A stretch of DNA of 64,000 nt, taken from NCBI GenBank assembly GCA_964016885.1, contig OZ024740.1:174220001-174284000 (forward strand), in the 5' to 3' direction. The DNA comes from Eledone cirrhosa (taxonomy: Eukaryota). Within the stretch, counting starts at the first letter, position 1. Each line of letters starts with the position of its first letter. Shown here one piece after another: positions 27,030 through 39,949 of the stretch. The position numbers and the translations under genes are program-made. The notes below the pieces were generated by a model. That model worked only from the letters and a program-made list of their open reading frames with translations. It ran no database searches and was not told the origin of the DNA.

Positions 27030-27379
27030 GGGGATGGTCATCTTACCAGTATTGCCAATAAATAAAAGTATTCGCTCATTCTTTACCTCGTCAAAGTTCT
27101 TTCGTCACACATTCTGTGACTTCCTCAATGACTAACAATTCGCTTTTTTGTCTCATCTTCTTTCTTCTCTTTTGACTCTGCATCGACATCTCATCAGATA
27201 TGCGAGTTTCTAGGTGCAGAGCATATTCTAGGAACTCGTATATCTAATGAGATGTCGACGCAGAGTCAGCGCCAGGTCATTATGATCGTACCATGAGTTG
27301 ATCCATATCGAAACAATTGTCATATTCCACAAAGTTTGTTTATGGTGTAACCCTGACTTCCTTCCTGCTTACTTGTTTG

Positions 27380-27380
<1 letters not shown>
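27030..27380 (-). mobile_element. hammerhead-like repeat (PLE pseudo-LTR type) containing a long hairpin
   Basis: Minus strand 27090-27132 reads gtca-TTGAGGA-a-gtcaca/tgtgac-GAAAG-aa-CTT-tgac. A second copy lies at 58576-58618. Confidence 0.45.
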
Positions 27381-27413
<33 letters not shown>

Positions 27414-27784
27414 AAGTGGGGATTGTGAGTGTGTGTATGCGTGTGAGTATATGCGTGTGTGTGTGCATATACTTTAAAATCTAACTCTGATAATTACATT
27501 TAGTGATGATACTAATCACTGAGCAATTGTGCTCTCCGTGTCCTACAATGGTGACAAAGCATTTAATTTCTCCAATCTGGGAAGAGGGCGAGATAAGGAG
27601 CCCTAAACATTCCTTTCTCATTTCTCAAACATGGCAACTCGCTGCAGCTGTCTGGTTATCTATTAACGGAATCCTAAATACAGGGCATTGAGTGACACGT
27701 CAGAGATAGACATCTGTCAACTGACTAAGCAAAAGTTGCTGGACACTCATCTGTCGAAATTAACGGGAGAGTTCATCATCATCA

Positions 27785-27933
<149 letters not shown>

Positions 27934-27996
27934 AAGCAAATTATAAACGTAAACATGTAAGTATGTTTTTGAAACGGTGCGCGAGTTTGAAATTAG

Positions 27997-28044
<48 letters not shown>

Positions 28045-29413
28045 TACAGTATCGTAAAAGAGGATAGAAAGTGGAGGTATAAAGAGATGCGATACAGAGT
28101 GTTATTTGCCAAAAGCGGCTGCATAGGTGCTCGATGCTTGTGTAAACAGGGTTAAATATTAGAGGCGTTAATATTTAGTGTACGAAGATAAGCAGTGCGG
28201 TTATAATCTAAAAGAATTGATGAAAGAGAAGCAAGCCGTTAAAACACATTTATGAAAAGCTCTTACATATGTTTCGCCCAATGGGGCTCGTCTGAGGCAA
28301 TTACAAAGGCAAAGAATTTAATAATGTACCCTGTACGGGTATAATCATAATTTAACATCAGATGCATTACTCTGTGTAGCAAAATGGAGAAGTCTTTGTG
28401 TACTAAGGGAGGTAATTAACGGTGCAAAGTATAGTTGACTGTCAGATTAATGACCACTAGTAAAACATTATTTATTTCTTGCTACAAGGGGTTAACTTAA
28501 TTATGGTTTGTCAAATCGATTTAATGAGGTCAAGGTATGAGTATGAGTTTCAATTATGAGTAAAGTCAATAAAGACTATACACTAGTTTTAGTTAGTATC
28601 AAGCTGCAAGTTCAGTGTAGGCTTAAAGCCTAGAGAGGTAAAGACACTTAAGATGGAATCTGTATAATTATATGATCATATGTCTACAATGTTTAATGGG
28701 TATAAGTAGCGGTTCTGTAAAATTACCCAAAGATTAGTCTAGCAGTGTGGAAAAATACAGCGGGGTAAGCCCATCTGAATACATGTAGTGTAGCTCCCTG
28801 GAGGGAGAAAATAGGGTGGATGATGGTGTTGTTCAAAGATGTTTAATATTAAATTCACCGTATTAAGTCGAGCCAGGGTGCAGTGTTAGAAGCCCCAGGT
28901 GTTATGGTGGTTGAACATTTGTTGGAGCCTATCTATAGAAGGACTGTTGTAGTCTATGGCCGCAATTGATGACAGTTTCGGCTCGACTATTAATGAGGTC
29001 CTGGGGTGCTTGCACTATATAGTATAGTTCCATAAGGCAGAATTGGCAGCTTTTAAAAAAATTGTAGGGTGTTTCCTGGTTCACAATTTCCAAATAAGTG
29101 GTGCAGCTAATGTTAGAGTCATCTAATAGGGTGATGTAGTTAGGGAGGGACGTAGAGTGTCTAAGATTCTTATTCCTAAAAGAGTGGAGGTGTGCTCGAA
29201 ATCTGGTATTGAACAACCCAGAAGTAGCTCCTATGTAATACTTAACACTATTATGGCTAGTAACAGTACATCTATAGATGATACTTCTAGTTAGGCAGTA
29301 TCCTCGGAGTGGACAATTTGTAGGGTCACGACAATTGCAATGTTTACTACTGTCACCTCTAAGGTGGCGGGTGTTGGTATCAAACGTAATATTATTATTA
29401 TTATTATCGTTTA

Positions 29414-29600
29414 GGGCGGTGGATTGGCAGTATCGGTAGAGGGTCGGACGCCATGCTTGACGCATTGAGTTACTGCCCTTGCCATTCTGAGTTCAAATCT
29501 CGCCGAGGTTAACTTTGCCTTTCATCCTTACGGGGTCGATAAAATAAAGTACCAGTAATACACTGAGGTAATAGTTGGCCTTGTGCCAAAAGTAGAAACA
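29414..29600 (+). mobile_element. Meta-type SINE nested in the PLE ORF
   Basis: Full copy with TSD ATTATTATCGT at 29400-29410 and 29601-29611. Confidence 0.9.
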
Positions 29601-31115
29601 ATTATTATCGTCACCCCCGCTGCTATTATTGTAGTTACATTACTATAGCTATGAACGCGCGGGGCGGTGCCATACTCACGTCTCATGCTACGGCGTCTTC
29701 TACAGCCGTTGTTAAAGCTGTTAAGGTCACTAAACCTGTCATCAGTCACACTACTGGTGCGGCAATTATTTTCTAATGAGGTGCTACTTTGTAAACCGCT
29801 GCTAATACTAGAATGCCCGTCCTGGTTACCACCGACGTTATCATGTGGGGCGAAAGAATTGCTAAGGTTACCTGAGTTGTCATGTTCTCTAAAATTGCCA
29901 TCACTAGGATGCTGTATACTAGTGAGTTTGTTGTAGTTACTTATTGCTACGAGGTCAACTAGGTTAGGTGTAGTGGAATAGGAGATTTTTATGTTATTCT
30001 TATTGAGGATTTTTCTGTATCTATGGTTAGGTGTGAAGTTTTTCTCTAAGGCTTCGAAGAAGATTCTAGGTAAATTGGAGGCCACATTCCGAGCGTAGGG
30101 GGGATGGAACCACAGGACATTACGGTAGCGGTTACTTGTAGTTATAGGGTTACTACGGGCGTTGTTGCCGAGGTGGGTGTTCTTATCATGGCCATTGGAT
30201 TGCTGTATAAAGCGTCCTTTGTTGGTATTATGTCTCAATGCACAGACTGTCCCAGTGTGGCAGTTCCGAGTTGCTCTAGGCGGTTTAGAAGGTGTGGGTA
30301 ATAAACCGTTACATTTATTAAGTCTGTAAGCAGGGAATAATTCAAGTAGGCTGTAGATGCTACTATTAGCCGGACTATGACGGTGTGGGTATGGTAATAC
30401 ACCCGTCCTGCTACCTTTGTAGTTGTTATGTGGGTCGTAGCAATTAGAACTATTCTCACTTCCACAATTTTTTACGTTGGTTTGGCCGCCGTGCTGTTGG
30501 TTATAGGTATGGCTCGCTATAACATTAGTCCTACATAGGGGAGGGGGGAGGGGGCTTTATAGAGTGTGCATTGTGGAGGTATGAAATTTTGCAGTTATAA
30601 CCTGAATCAGCTAATGCCCCATTATAATAATCTGCTGTTTGGTTGAAGAGGTCCTCATTAGCAGAAAGCCTAGAGATTCTATGGGAGATGCTATAGACAA
30701 TGGAGTTGAGAGTAGGGTGGTTAGAGGCATAATTGATATAAGATAGATCCTCACCGGGCTTATGGTATGGTCTGTATAAACCAGTGCCTAATTCTAAGGT
30801 AACATATAAGAAGTTGACTATATGATGGTTGAGGTCTATAGTTACAGAGAGGCCGTACGATTTAAAGAACTTGTGTATAATTTTCCTTACAGTAAATAGA
30901 GCGTCGTCTCTATATACACCTCCTTGTAGCACAGGGATCTCATCTCTAAGCCTATGCAGGAGGTAAATTCCGACCAGGTCGGTTGCTTACACCGAGTCAC
31001 TAGACCCCCATCGTAATATCAAAGTTATAGGGACGGTCAGAGTAATGCATTTTGATGTTAAATTATGATTCATACCCGTACAGGGTACATTATTAAATTA
31101 TTTGCCTTTGTAATT

Positions 31116-31155
31116 GCCTCAGACGAGCCCCATTGGGCGAAACATATGTAAGAGC
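31116..31155 (+). ncRNA. minimal type I hammerhead-like motif with variant core
   Basis: gcct-CAGACGA-gccc-catt-gggc-GAAAC-atat-GTA-agagc. Identical inverted copy at 28259-28298. Palindromic ACATATGT stem III. Confidence 0.6.
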
Positions 31156-31205
31156 TTTTTATAAATGTGTATTAACGGTTTGCTTTTCTTTCATCAATTT
31201 TTTTG

Positions 31206-31234
<29 letters not shown>

Positions 31235-31239
<5 letters not shown>

Positions 31240-31426
31240 AACGAGTAGGACCCCGACGGCTGAGCTCAAGCCGTTTCGACGGCTAATTCAGTCCAGAATT
31301 AGCCGTCGAAACGGCTTGAGCTCAGCCGTCGGGGTCCTACTCGTTCCTATTACCCACTCTACTACCCTAAGTATTGAGTACTTTGGTGCGTTATGGTCCA
31401 CCTGGTTCCTTACCACATTTCCTTCG

Positions 31427-31428
<2 letters not shown>
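31235..31428 (+). mobile_element. fold-back mini PLE insertion
   Basis: Perfect 55-bp inverted repeat (31235-31289/31296-31350) plus a tail of about 78 nt, between (TA)n tracts. The right arm contains GAAAC-ggct..agcc-GTC. Confidence 0.65.
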
Positions 31429-31503
<75 letters not shown>

Positions 31504-31511
<8 letters not shown>

Positions 31512-31680
31512 TAACAGATTAAAGTTTAAGCAAAGAATCGCTGCTTTCACCCTTAACGGGATCTTCTTAAACTTTAATCTGTTATTTTAATAAATATTTG
31601 CTCTAAGGTTCTTATATATTTGATATATATTTATCCTTATCGAGCCCTCTTTGGATTTTAGTCTTGAAATTTATTATTAT

Positions 31681-31684
<4 letters not shown>
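31504..31684 (+). mobile_element. fold-back mini PLE insertion (family of 48580-49965)
   Basis: Inverted copy of about 49808-49870 followed by a direct copy of about 49845-49964, between (TA)n tracts. Confidence 0.8.
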
Positions 31685-31778
<94 letters not shown>

Positions 31779-32034
31779 CTTAAAATGGAGTGAGAATAAG
31801 AAGAAAGCAAGAACGGGGGGAGTTTTCCTCATCAGTTGTCCACTGGGGGTCTCGGATATTTCCACGCTTTAAAGACAAGGTATCTACCACCCAGAGCGTT
31901 CAATAACTGGGTAAGTTATTGGGAAAACGGAAGGGGGGGGGGGGGGGGTGGGGATAGAAGGGAAAAGGGAAGAAAAGAGAAAACATCGAAAAAAAACAAC
32001 AAACCGAGCAATGTGCGAGCAACTTAAGGTAAGA

Positions 32035-32087
<53 letters not shown>

Positions 32088-32229
32088 CATACGTAATTAT
32101 CAGAGTTGGAGTTTAAATTTAAAGTCTGTCTCGAGCAGAGAGCATGAAGCTGGAGCTTATGCCTGTTGTATGTGAACACCATCTGGAAGAGACACTGATT
32201 TATCAGAAATAAAACACCCTGTTACCATA

Positions 32230-32372
32230 GTATGCGTTTCCTCAGCTTTATAGGCTAGAGCTACGTGAAATAAAGTGCCATGATCAAGGTCAAAATGCGT
32301 CACCGAGACCAAGAATTAAATCAATGATCTTACAATCATTAGTACAACACACTAACCACTAGGCCACGTGCT
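32230..32372 (-). mobile_element. degenerate CORE-type tRNA SINE
   Basis: Minus strand GTGGCCTAGTGGTTAG head followed by CCTTGATCATGGCACTTTATTTCAC. Confidence 0.6.
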
Positions 32373-33076
32373 TTCACACCATTAAACCAAATGAGGTATT
32401 TTGCATCATTAATAAGGGAAAAATAAGATTGTGTAATGTTTGTTCGTAACTTTTTTTAACAAATCAATATAGGCAATAAAATCAAATGTCTACAAGAGAA
32501 AAAAATGCACAACTAACTCGATTTAGAATGTCCCCTGCGTTGTCAAATTCACTATTCCAATCGATATTCAATTAGTATGGAAAACAACAATTCGAAGTAT
32601 TGTGTTACCTTATTCGTTTTAGGAACGTAGGAGGTTTTCTTTCACACATTCAGTGGCGTCTGTCATTAGCCCGTTGTCATAGTGGAGCACATTACAACGA
32701 CCATAGTACTACGTATTCCCTCGGCTGGTACTTATTTTATCGACAGAGGAAGTGGAAACGCCAAAGCCAGCTCGGTTGTTATACTAATATTTTGTTCTTT
32801 TTATTCAACTGTTTCTTTTCTTTCTTCTTTCGACCAAATGGCATTCACTTTTTGTTCTACTTGTGCTGAATTCTTTTTATATCAATTTCAGTCTCCAGTA
32901 CACACACATACCCCCCCCCCCCCAACACCATATATCTATATATTGGTCATAGGTTGTGGAAAAATAGAGTTGTTTAAATTCATTATTTCATTTATTAATA
33001 ATTGTTAATCATTCTAACACGTGTTTCGATATATGTGTATGTGTGTATACATGCATGCATGCATGTATGTATGCAT

Positions 33077-34049
33077 GTTTTCTCGTTTTATAATTTCACA
33101 AATGTTTGCCAATAGAGGGAGAATCGGTTTCTAACATAGTTACAAGACACTTTCATTGGAATTTACAAAACATCAACTAGGTAGATATGTATGCATGTCT
33201 GAATGCATGCATCTGCATGGATGTTATTGTATGTGTGAATGTGTATGTTTTGAGTTGTATGTATGTGCATACGCTTTGTATCTGTACATGTGTATATGTA
33301 GTTATTAGATGCAAAGTTTTTGGAGTGTTTTACATATTTTTACTGTTCCATTAATGGATTGTACTTGTAATTTCCTAACTAGTTGTGTTCTTTCTGTTTC
33401 TGTGAAGCCCATCTTCTCAAGATTTGTATTGAGGCAGTTACTAACATATCCCAGTGCCTCAATATTCACAGGCATAAATCTGAAGGTATAATCAGGGTGG
33501 AGTATCCGCAGATTTCTCATTAATGCTGCATAAATATTCTCCTTTTCGCTAATTTTTTATATTATATTGGCATCTGCTGGGCAACTAACTTCCACTACTG
33601 TGCATGCCTTCTTTTCCCTGTACCATATCATTATATATGGTTTGTTATGCCTGCATTTTATTGGGGTTTTTACTGGAACATTCCACCAGTAATATTTCAT
33701 ATTATGTACATGGATGTCTTCCACATTGCTGTAGCTTTTAATGTGTTTATTATCGGGGCTATCTTTTCTACGGATTGCATTGTACAGTGTTTTGGCCACT
33801 ATATCATATCTCAAAGGTGACATCTTTGGACTGCTGCTTATGACATGGGTGACATCTTCGATGTTAATTCTGCAGAGTCTGCACTTGTCACATCCAAGGT
33901 GTTTTGCCTGCATCCCTATCTCTTTTGTGAATCAGGTATTTCGTGTTGATTTCCTGTTCTTCGATTGCAAAACCATATCCTTCAAAATGGGAACCAATAT
34001 AGCGGTTGTTGGTCCAAGATAGACTACTTTGTTTATCTATATTACTCTC
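33077..34049 (-). mobile_element. 5'-truncated R4/Dong-like RLE LINE (second CATA-associated family)
   Basis: SHFEGYGFAIEEQEI, DKCRLC..EDVTHV, YYWWN, HNKP, VVEVSCPAD. CATA-type repeats at both junctions. Confidence 0.85.
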
Positions 34050-34350
34050 GTATGTGTGTATGTATGTATGTATGTATGTATGTATGTATGTATGTATGTA
34101 TGTATGTATGTATGTATGTATGTATGTTCGTATGTATGTATGCATGTATGTATATATGTTCGTATGTATCTATGTATGCATGTATGTATGTATGTTCGTA
34201 TGTATGTATGTATGCATGTATGTATGTATATATGTATATATGTTCGTATATGTGTATGTATGTTCGTATGTATGTATATATGTTCGTATGTATCTATGTA
34301 TGCATATAAGTATGTAATGTATGTTCGTATGTATGTATGAATGTATGTAT
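34050..34350. repeat. imperfect (TATG)n array
   Basis: Direct reading. Confidence 0.95.
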
Positions 34351-34572
34351 GTGGTAAAATCTACCATTCAACAAGAGTCTGAGGCAGCACATGAAAGTAC
34401 ATGGCAATCAGCCATCGATATTTGTTGCCAATGGCCATGTCTGTAATATCTGTGCTAGAGAATGTCGGACTCTTGCTGGCCGAAAATGTCACATCCGTGC
34501 TAGTCACACGCAGAAGCGTGTTTGAACATTTCAAGCAATGTTTATAGTCGAGCGCAAGGTAGCTGCCATCAT
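34349..34572 (+). mobile_element. 3' stub of zinc-finger RTE LINE
   Basis: HVCNICARECRTLAGRKCHIRASH followed by a stop, ending GCCATCAT+(GTAT)n. Confidence 0.7.
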
Positions 34573-34642
34573 GTATGTATGTATGTATGTATGTATGTAT
34601 GTATGTATGTATGTATGTATGTATGTATGTATGTATGTATGT

Positions 34643-37600
34643 TATCTCTTTCTCTTAATTTCGAGTATATTTTTTTGACCGGCCACCTTCCTGGTGGCAA
34701 GGTTGTAAAAGAAAAGAAATTGTCATCCCTTGAATCGCAAGAATGTTTTGCAAATTTTGAAGGTGCCAGCTATCGCAGCCATTTGTAGACTATGAATTAG
34801 GGAGCTGCGCTTTTTGTCCGCAAATCCAAGTTCAGTCATACTTTGGTCCAAGCGGGTTGGTATATAACCCGTAGCTCCAATAATGATGGATATGAAGCTA
34901 AAGATGTATCTTGGATACTGGATTTGGAAACTCCTCATCAATGGTCCGTAGATGTCCTCCTTCTCCTGTATTTTTCTGACAACGTTTAAATCAAGTGGGC
35001 AGCTGATCTCCACAACAGAACACGTTTTCAATGTGTGGTCCCAAACAACAATATCAGGCGGGTTGTGCTTTAATTTGGTGGCAGTTTTTATTTTCAGGTT
35101 CCACCAGTATTCCTTAGTGCCATCTGTCTCAATATATTCTTCCATGTTTGTTGTTAATTTTGTTTTCGAAGTGCGTTCCAGATGGTTCTAGCTATCCCAT
35201 CGTGTCTCATGGGGAGGTAGTAGCGAGATGACATTCTTTCGCAGCTGGCAACAATGTGGCTTACATCCTCGATCTTTGTTTTACTTAGCCTACATTTATT
35301 GTCAGCTGCTGGCCCTCCTCTTTTGTGCAGCAGATATTTGGTAGGGAGTTCTTGTTCCTGTATTGCATAGAGATATCCCTCAAGTGTGATGTCATAAACT
35401 TGTCGGAACTCCATGCTAGGCTTTTTGAATGGTTTATCCCCTCTATGGTCTGTGTTTTACGCTTCAAGTATCCATGCACAACTTTTTCTGTAAATTGGTC
35501 AATTTTTTATCTTGTTTGAACATTGAATAGGATCTTCCGATTTCTCTGGGTGAGAGATTTATATCAGGCTTTATTCCATATCTCTCCTCCAGATCAGTCG
35601 CTATTCTAATGATATTTTTTTTTTCATGCTCATAAACCTGGGCAAGATGGTTGCCAACCTTTTTCCTCTGTTGAAGGTGTTGCTTCAGTGTTACTATCCG
35701 GGTCTCATATGTTGTTAATATTGATTTTAGACCCCGGCCACCTTCCTTGCGTGAGAAGTATAGCCTATCCACATCACCATTGATGTGGATAGGCTATAGG
35801 CTAAAGTTGCCAGTAACACTGAGAAAATTTTCGAGTTCTAACATCCATCTCACTTAGTTCTTGCAATGACCAGTTCAGTAGGCCAAATGTTGGCGTTAGA
35901 ATTGGCACAGCATAAGTATTGTGGGCAATGTATTTGTTGTACGCTGACAATTCTGATGACCATATTTTCTTTACTCTTCTGAGGTATTCAGTTCTGGTTC
36001 TCCTTATTTATGGGTCCATCATATCTGACATTCTCATCCTGTCCAATATATCTGTAGTTGTCACCTGACTGTAGAGGTTGTATTGTCAGGCCGTTCATCT
36101 CTAGATTTCTAGAGGAGGGCACAGCTCTTCCACGTTTTACTGCCAAATGTGCACACTTGGACTCACCAAATTTCATTTTGATGTCGGTTGAAAATTGTGT
36201 AATGAGGTCCAATTGTTTCTTGATGTCATTGATATTTGGCCCATACAACTTCAGGTCGTCAACAAAGAAAAGATGGGAGATACTTCTGGGCCCACTTCTT
36301 TGTCCACCTTGTTTCCTGAGTAGGTAAGATAGTGGATTCAGTGAGAGAACGAAGAGTAGCACTGACAAGCTATCACCCTGAAAGATGCCCTTCTGGTAAT
36401 GTATCTTATCAGTCTTAACTTGCTCCTTCTCACCTCTAAGGATCAAATTGGTGTACCAGTTCTTGGTCAGGCGTTCAACAGCAGCTACCAATGGTTGTGG
36501 GACTTTAGCTAACTGTAAAGCCTTAATAATCCACTCATGAGGTACACTATCAAATGCATTTTGATAGTCCAGCCACACCACAGTCATGTTTCTGCGATTC
36601 TTTGTTGTTTTTTCCTGAATCATTTTGTTAGTTAGTAGGTGATCTATGCAACCCCACACCTCCCTCTTTCCACCAGCTTGCTCAGGTGTTATGATGTTGT
36701 TGGTAGCACAGTGATCCTGTAAGAACAGGTTAAGGCACCCAGTATATAATTTATACATGATGTTTTGGCAGGCTATTGGGCGGTAATGTTTAGCAAGGCT
36801 GGTTTGGCTATTTTGGGGAATGAGGAGAGTAGTGGCAGTTGATAACCATCTGGGCAGTTCTTGTGTGCCTTTAATGGTTTCTGTAAACAGCCGTATGAGA
36901 TCTTGCCGATAGAAAGTGAAATTCTTCAACCAGTATCCTGTAATGAGGTCTGGGCCTGGCGATTTCCTATTCGACATTTTCTGTAGAGCTGTTTCCAGTA
37001 TTGATCCATCTATGTCATATTGTTTTGTCTGGACATGTTGGCAGTAGTCCTGTTCCAGTTCTTTTAGCCAATTAGTTTGTCTGTTGAATCCGTCATCCGT
37101 TTCCCATACAGATCTCCAGTAGCTCTCAACCTGTTCTTTTGAAGAGGTGTCATTTACAGAGATTGAGCTTTTGCCACCGAAGCTGCGATAAACTGATTTA
37201 GGATCTCTGGCAAACAATCTATTTAGTACTTGTCTTTTATGTGCTGTTGACTTATATTTTAGTCTTTCTGTTGTAGCTGTGAGTTGTTGTTTCAACTGGT
37301 GTAATTTGGAGTTCAAAGTTTTAAATTTTGTATCTCCAAATCGTCTCTCTAACTTTTGTTTTAGGTCTTCCTGGTGTCGTGTGAAGTTGCTCTCTATGTT
37401 GCATTTCATAACGACTGCGATGTGTGAGATACTTCGTCTCAGGGACAAAATTTTGCTTTTTAAATTTCGCATCCACGCTGGTTCAGGCTTTCTGTTTGTA
37501 TCTTGATTGCGTGGTTTTAGATGTGTGTTATATGATAGCAATGTGACAGCTGAAACATATAACAAAATATTAAGCGTTTCAAATGTCGTTTCTACACCTT

Positions 37601-38858
37601 TAGATCGTATAGTCTTCAGATAATTGCTAGCTCTTTCGTTCACCGCTTCCAATTCCAATTTAGTGGGTTCTTTACTGATTCTGGTGTTGTATGGTCTGTC
37701 ACTCACATTAAGGCTGTGTATATCTTGAAACATATCGTTCCATATCACTTGTAGGGTGTCCACAAGTTTTTGGTGTTCTGTTTGTTCAGTAGAGTCATGA
37801 ATTTCAGCCTCGTTGTTGATGTGGTGACAATTACTACTAGAGTTAGCTGACCTTTCTCGCTGTTCTTCAGTGGAAGTGGGATGGATTTCAGCAAAATTGT
37901 TAGATTTAGCTGGCCATTCTCTTTGTCTGTCAGTGGAGGTGGGGTGGTTGTCTACAAGGGCTGTATTTGTAGTATCACTCAATTCCGTTAGATGTATCAA
38001 TTTACATCTAATGATACGTTTTACCTGTTCATTTAAATGCTTTGGAGAAAAGTCTAATTCTGGGTGTTTGGAGTTCCATAAAGTTTTTAGCCTTTACATA
38101 AAACCGAACTTTTGGGGTTCAGATTGTTTGTATGCTTCATATAATACTTTGTTAAGCTCGTAGCTCCACTGTATACAACGGTTGTAGTTGCGATTTGGTC
38201 GAAGGAGACTTATACTTTTTGCCATGATGAGTTCGTCTATTCACTAATATTTCGTATTTATTTTTCAAAATAGTCGATGATCTTCTTTAAAAGTTTCGAC
38301 AAAGTTCTGTCAGAATCAAATTTAAAGTTATTCACAGCTTGGGTAATATTCCTTTTCAGTTAGTTTTTAATTCTACAACTGTGTTTTAAATGTTGTTCTT
38401 GAATCGTTTGAATCGAGAACAAAAAGAACCGTTACTTAGTATATTTCTTTATGAATGTAATATAATATAACAACGCTGTATTTATATGTTAAAGTTTATG
38501 TATCATTCATATAAACAGGTGTTTTACAACTTATTCACAACATATTCACAGTTCAAACACTTATGTTTTTGTTTCTGAATCGAAAACGTTACTTGTATAT
38601 TTCTTTATAAATGTAATATAACAACGTTGCATTTATATGTTAAAGTATATGTATCGTTCATATATCATAAGTGTATGTATCGTTCATATAAATAGGTGTT
38701 TTACAACACACTTACAGTTCAAACACTTATGTAGAATTATTGTATGTAATCTTACCGCGTAATGTAGCTCAACTTTTTCCAATATATGGTATGTTGCCTT
38801 CATGTAAGCCATAATTACACACGTCCGATTATCGGACACTGACCACAACGGTCGCCAT
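34643..38858 (-). mobile_element. full-length R4/Dong-like RLE LINE, disrupted
   Basis: Probable ATG at 38225. The 670-aa ORF has KSPGPD, YRPIAC, WLDYQNAFDSVPH, GIFQGDSLS and HLFFVDDLK. Downstream come LYFSRKEGGRGL, CCHC/RHD and PDIVVWD..VEISCPLD (RLE). (TATG)n flanks both sides (34571-34642, 38859-38967). Confidence 0.93.
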
Positions 38859-38965
38859 TATGTATGTATGTATGTATGTATGTATGTATGTATGTATGTA
38901 TGTATGTATGTATGTATGTATGTATGTATGTATGTATGTATGTATGTATGTATGTATGTATGTAT

Positions 38966-39516
38966 GTCGGGTCACTCTTGAGTGCTACTGGTAACATGTA
39001 ATCCAGTACAACCTGTCGCATGGTCGGGTCGTCGGCGACTAAACCGGCAACCCCAACAAGTTTACTTGGTGAGTGAGGAGGGTGATTTTGGACACCCTGC
39101 GGACAAAAAACAAAACCTGACAAAGGGCGGAAGAACTCATAAGAACCAACTGCCATCCAAAAGTGTATAAATATGTATATACACATGTACCGCGCGGTTA
39201 AACCACTGGGAGTGAATGACCCCTAGCCTTTGTCAGGGCATTCTTCTAGGAGAAGGCAACTCAGGAAACTGGGATAACTCCGATATAAAACCCGCGGTTC
39301 AGTAGTTACCGATGATGTTGATCTTTTCTTCTTTTCGGGTTATAGCTACTGTCGCTGAGAGAGTGGGATTGGCTCAGTGCACAGTCTTTCCTCACTTTAA
39401 AAAATATCTTCACGCACAGGCATTGCACGATAGAATTAATTAATAATTATTAATAATGGTATATCGTGCAATGGCCATACTCGATAACGAGGGGCAGCCA
39501 TCATCATCATCATCAT
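38966..39516 (+). mobile_element. non-autonomous bipartite RTE derivative
   Basis: RTE-5'UTR-like TTCTAGGAGAAGGCAACTC module, plus a 3' end TCGTGCAATGGCCATACTCGATAACGAGGGG..GCCATCAT shared with the LINE end at 63915-63956. (TATG)n on both sides. Confidence 0.8.
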
Positions 39517-39596
39517 GTATGTATGTATGTATGTATGTATGTATGTATGTATGTATGTATGTATGTATGTATGTATGTATGTATGTATGTATGTAT

Positions 39597-39940
39597 GCAG
39601 AAGGACATGGAAATACTCAGTTTAGTTCTTTAGCGAGTAGGTATTTATCCCACTATAAGTGAGGGATGCCTGGTCCTTCTTAGGACACTATTCTAGAAGG
39701 AAAACTCAACCTGCGACTCGATGGCAGCGAAAAGTATTGACCTGTTCTTATTTTTGGATACCTATCACACTTGCTCAGAGAGTGAGATTGTTCCGTGCAA
39801 GGTCTTTCTTCATTTAAAGAAGTGTCGAGCACAGGCATCACTTGATCTAAACGTCTTACTTATGAAACCAATGAGCATGGCTGTCTGTAGCCGAAAAGGG
39901 CTTTATTTTCTTTCGCTGCAGCAAATACAGAAAGGATTAT
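39597..39940 (+). mobile_element. bipartite RTE derivative, second subfamily (3'-truncated)
   Basis: Aligns with 51526-51880. Confidence 0.7.
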
Positions 39941-39949
39941 ACGTACATA

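Larger units (their letters stand above)
28041..31200 (-). mobile_element. Penelope-like element (RT + C-terminal GIY-YIG), 5'-truncated, with inverted pseudo-LTR
   Basis: Motifs FDITMG, GVYRDDAL, YRPYHKP..YINYASNHP, LWFHPP and CNCRDPTNCPLRGYC..IIYRC..YYIGAT..RFRAH. Inverted repeat at 28215-28374/31038-31200. (TA)n at both ends. The CNC..CP motif suggests the Hydra clade (inference). Confidence 0.9.

Noticed and set aside
28929-30238. ORFs 28929-29465 and 29528-30238 as separate genes
   Set aside because: They are pieces of one PLE ORF split by a SINE insertion, and their termini are SINE-derived.
31825-31836. CTGATGAG on the minus strand as a hammerhead core
   Set aside because: No stem II followed by GAAA and a cleavage triplet.
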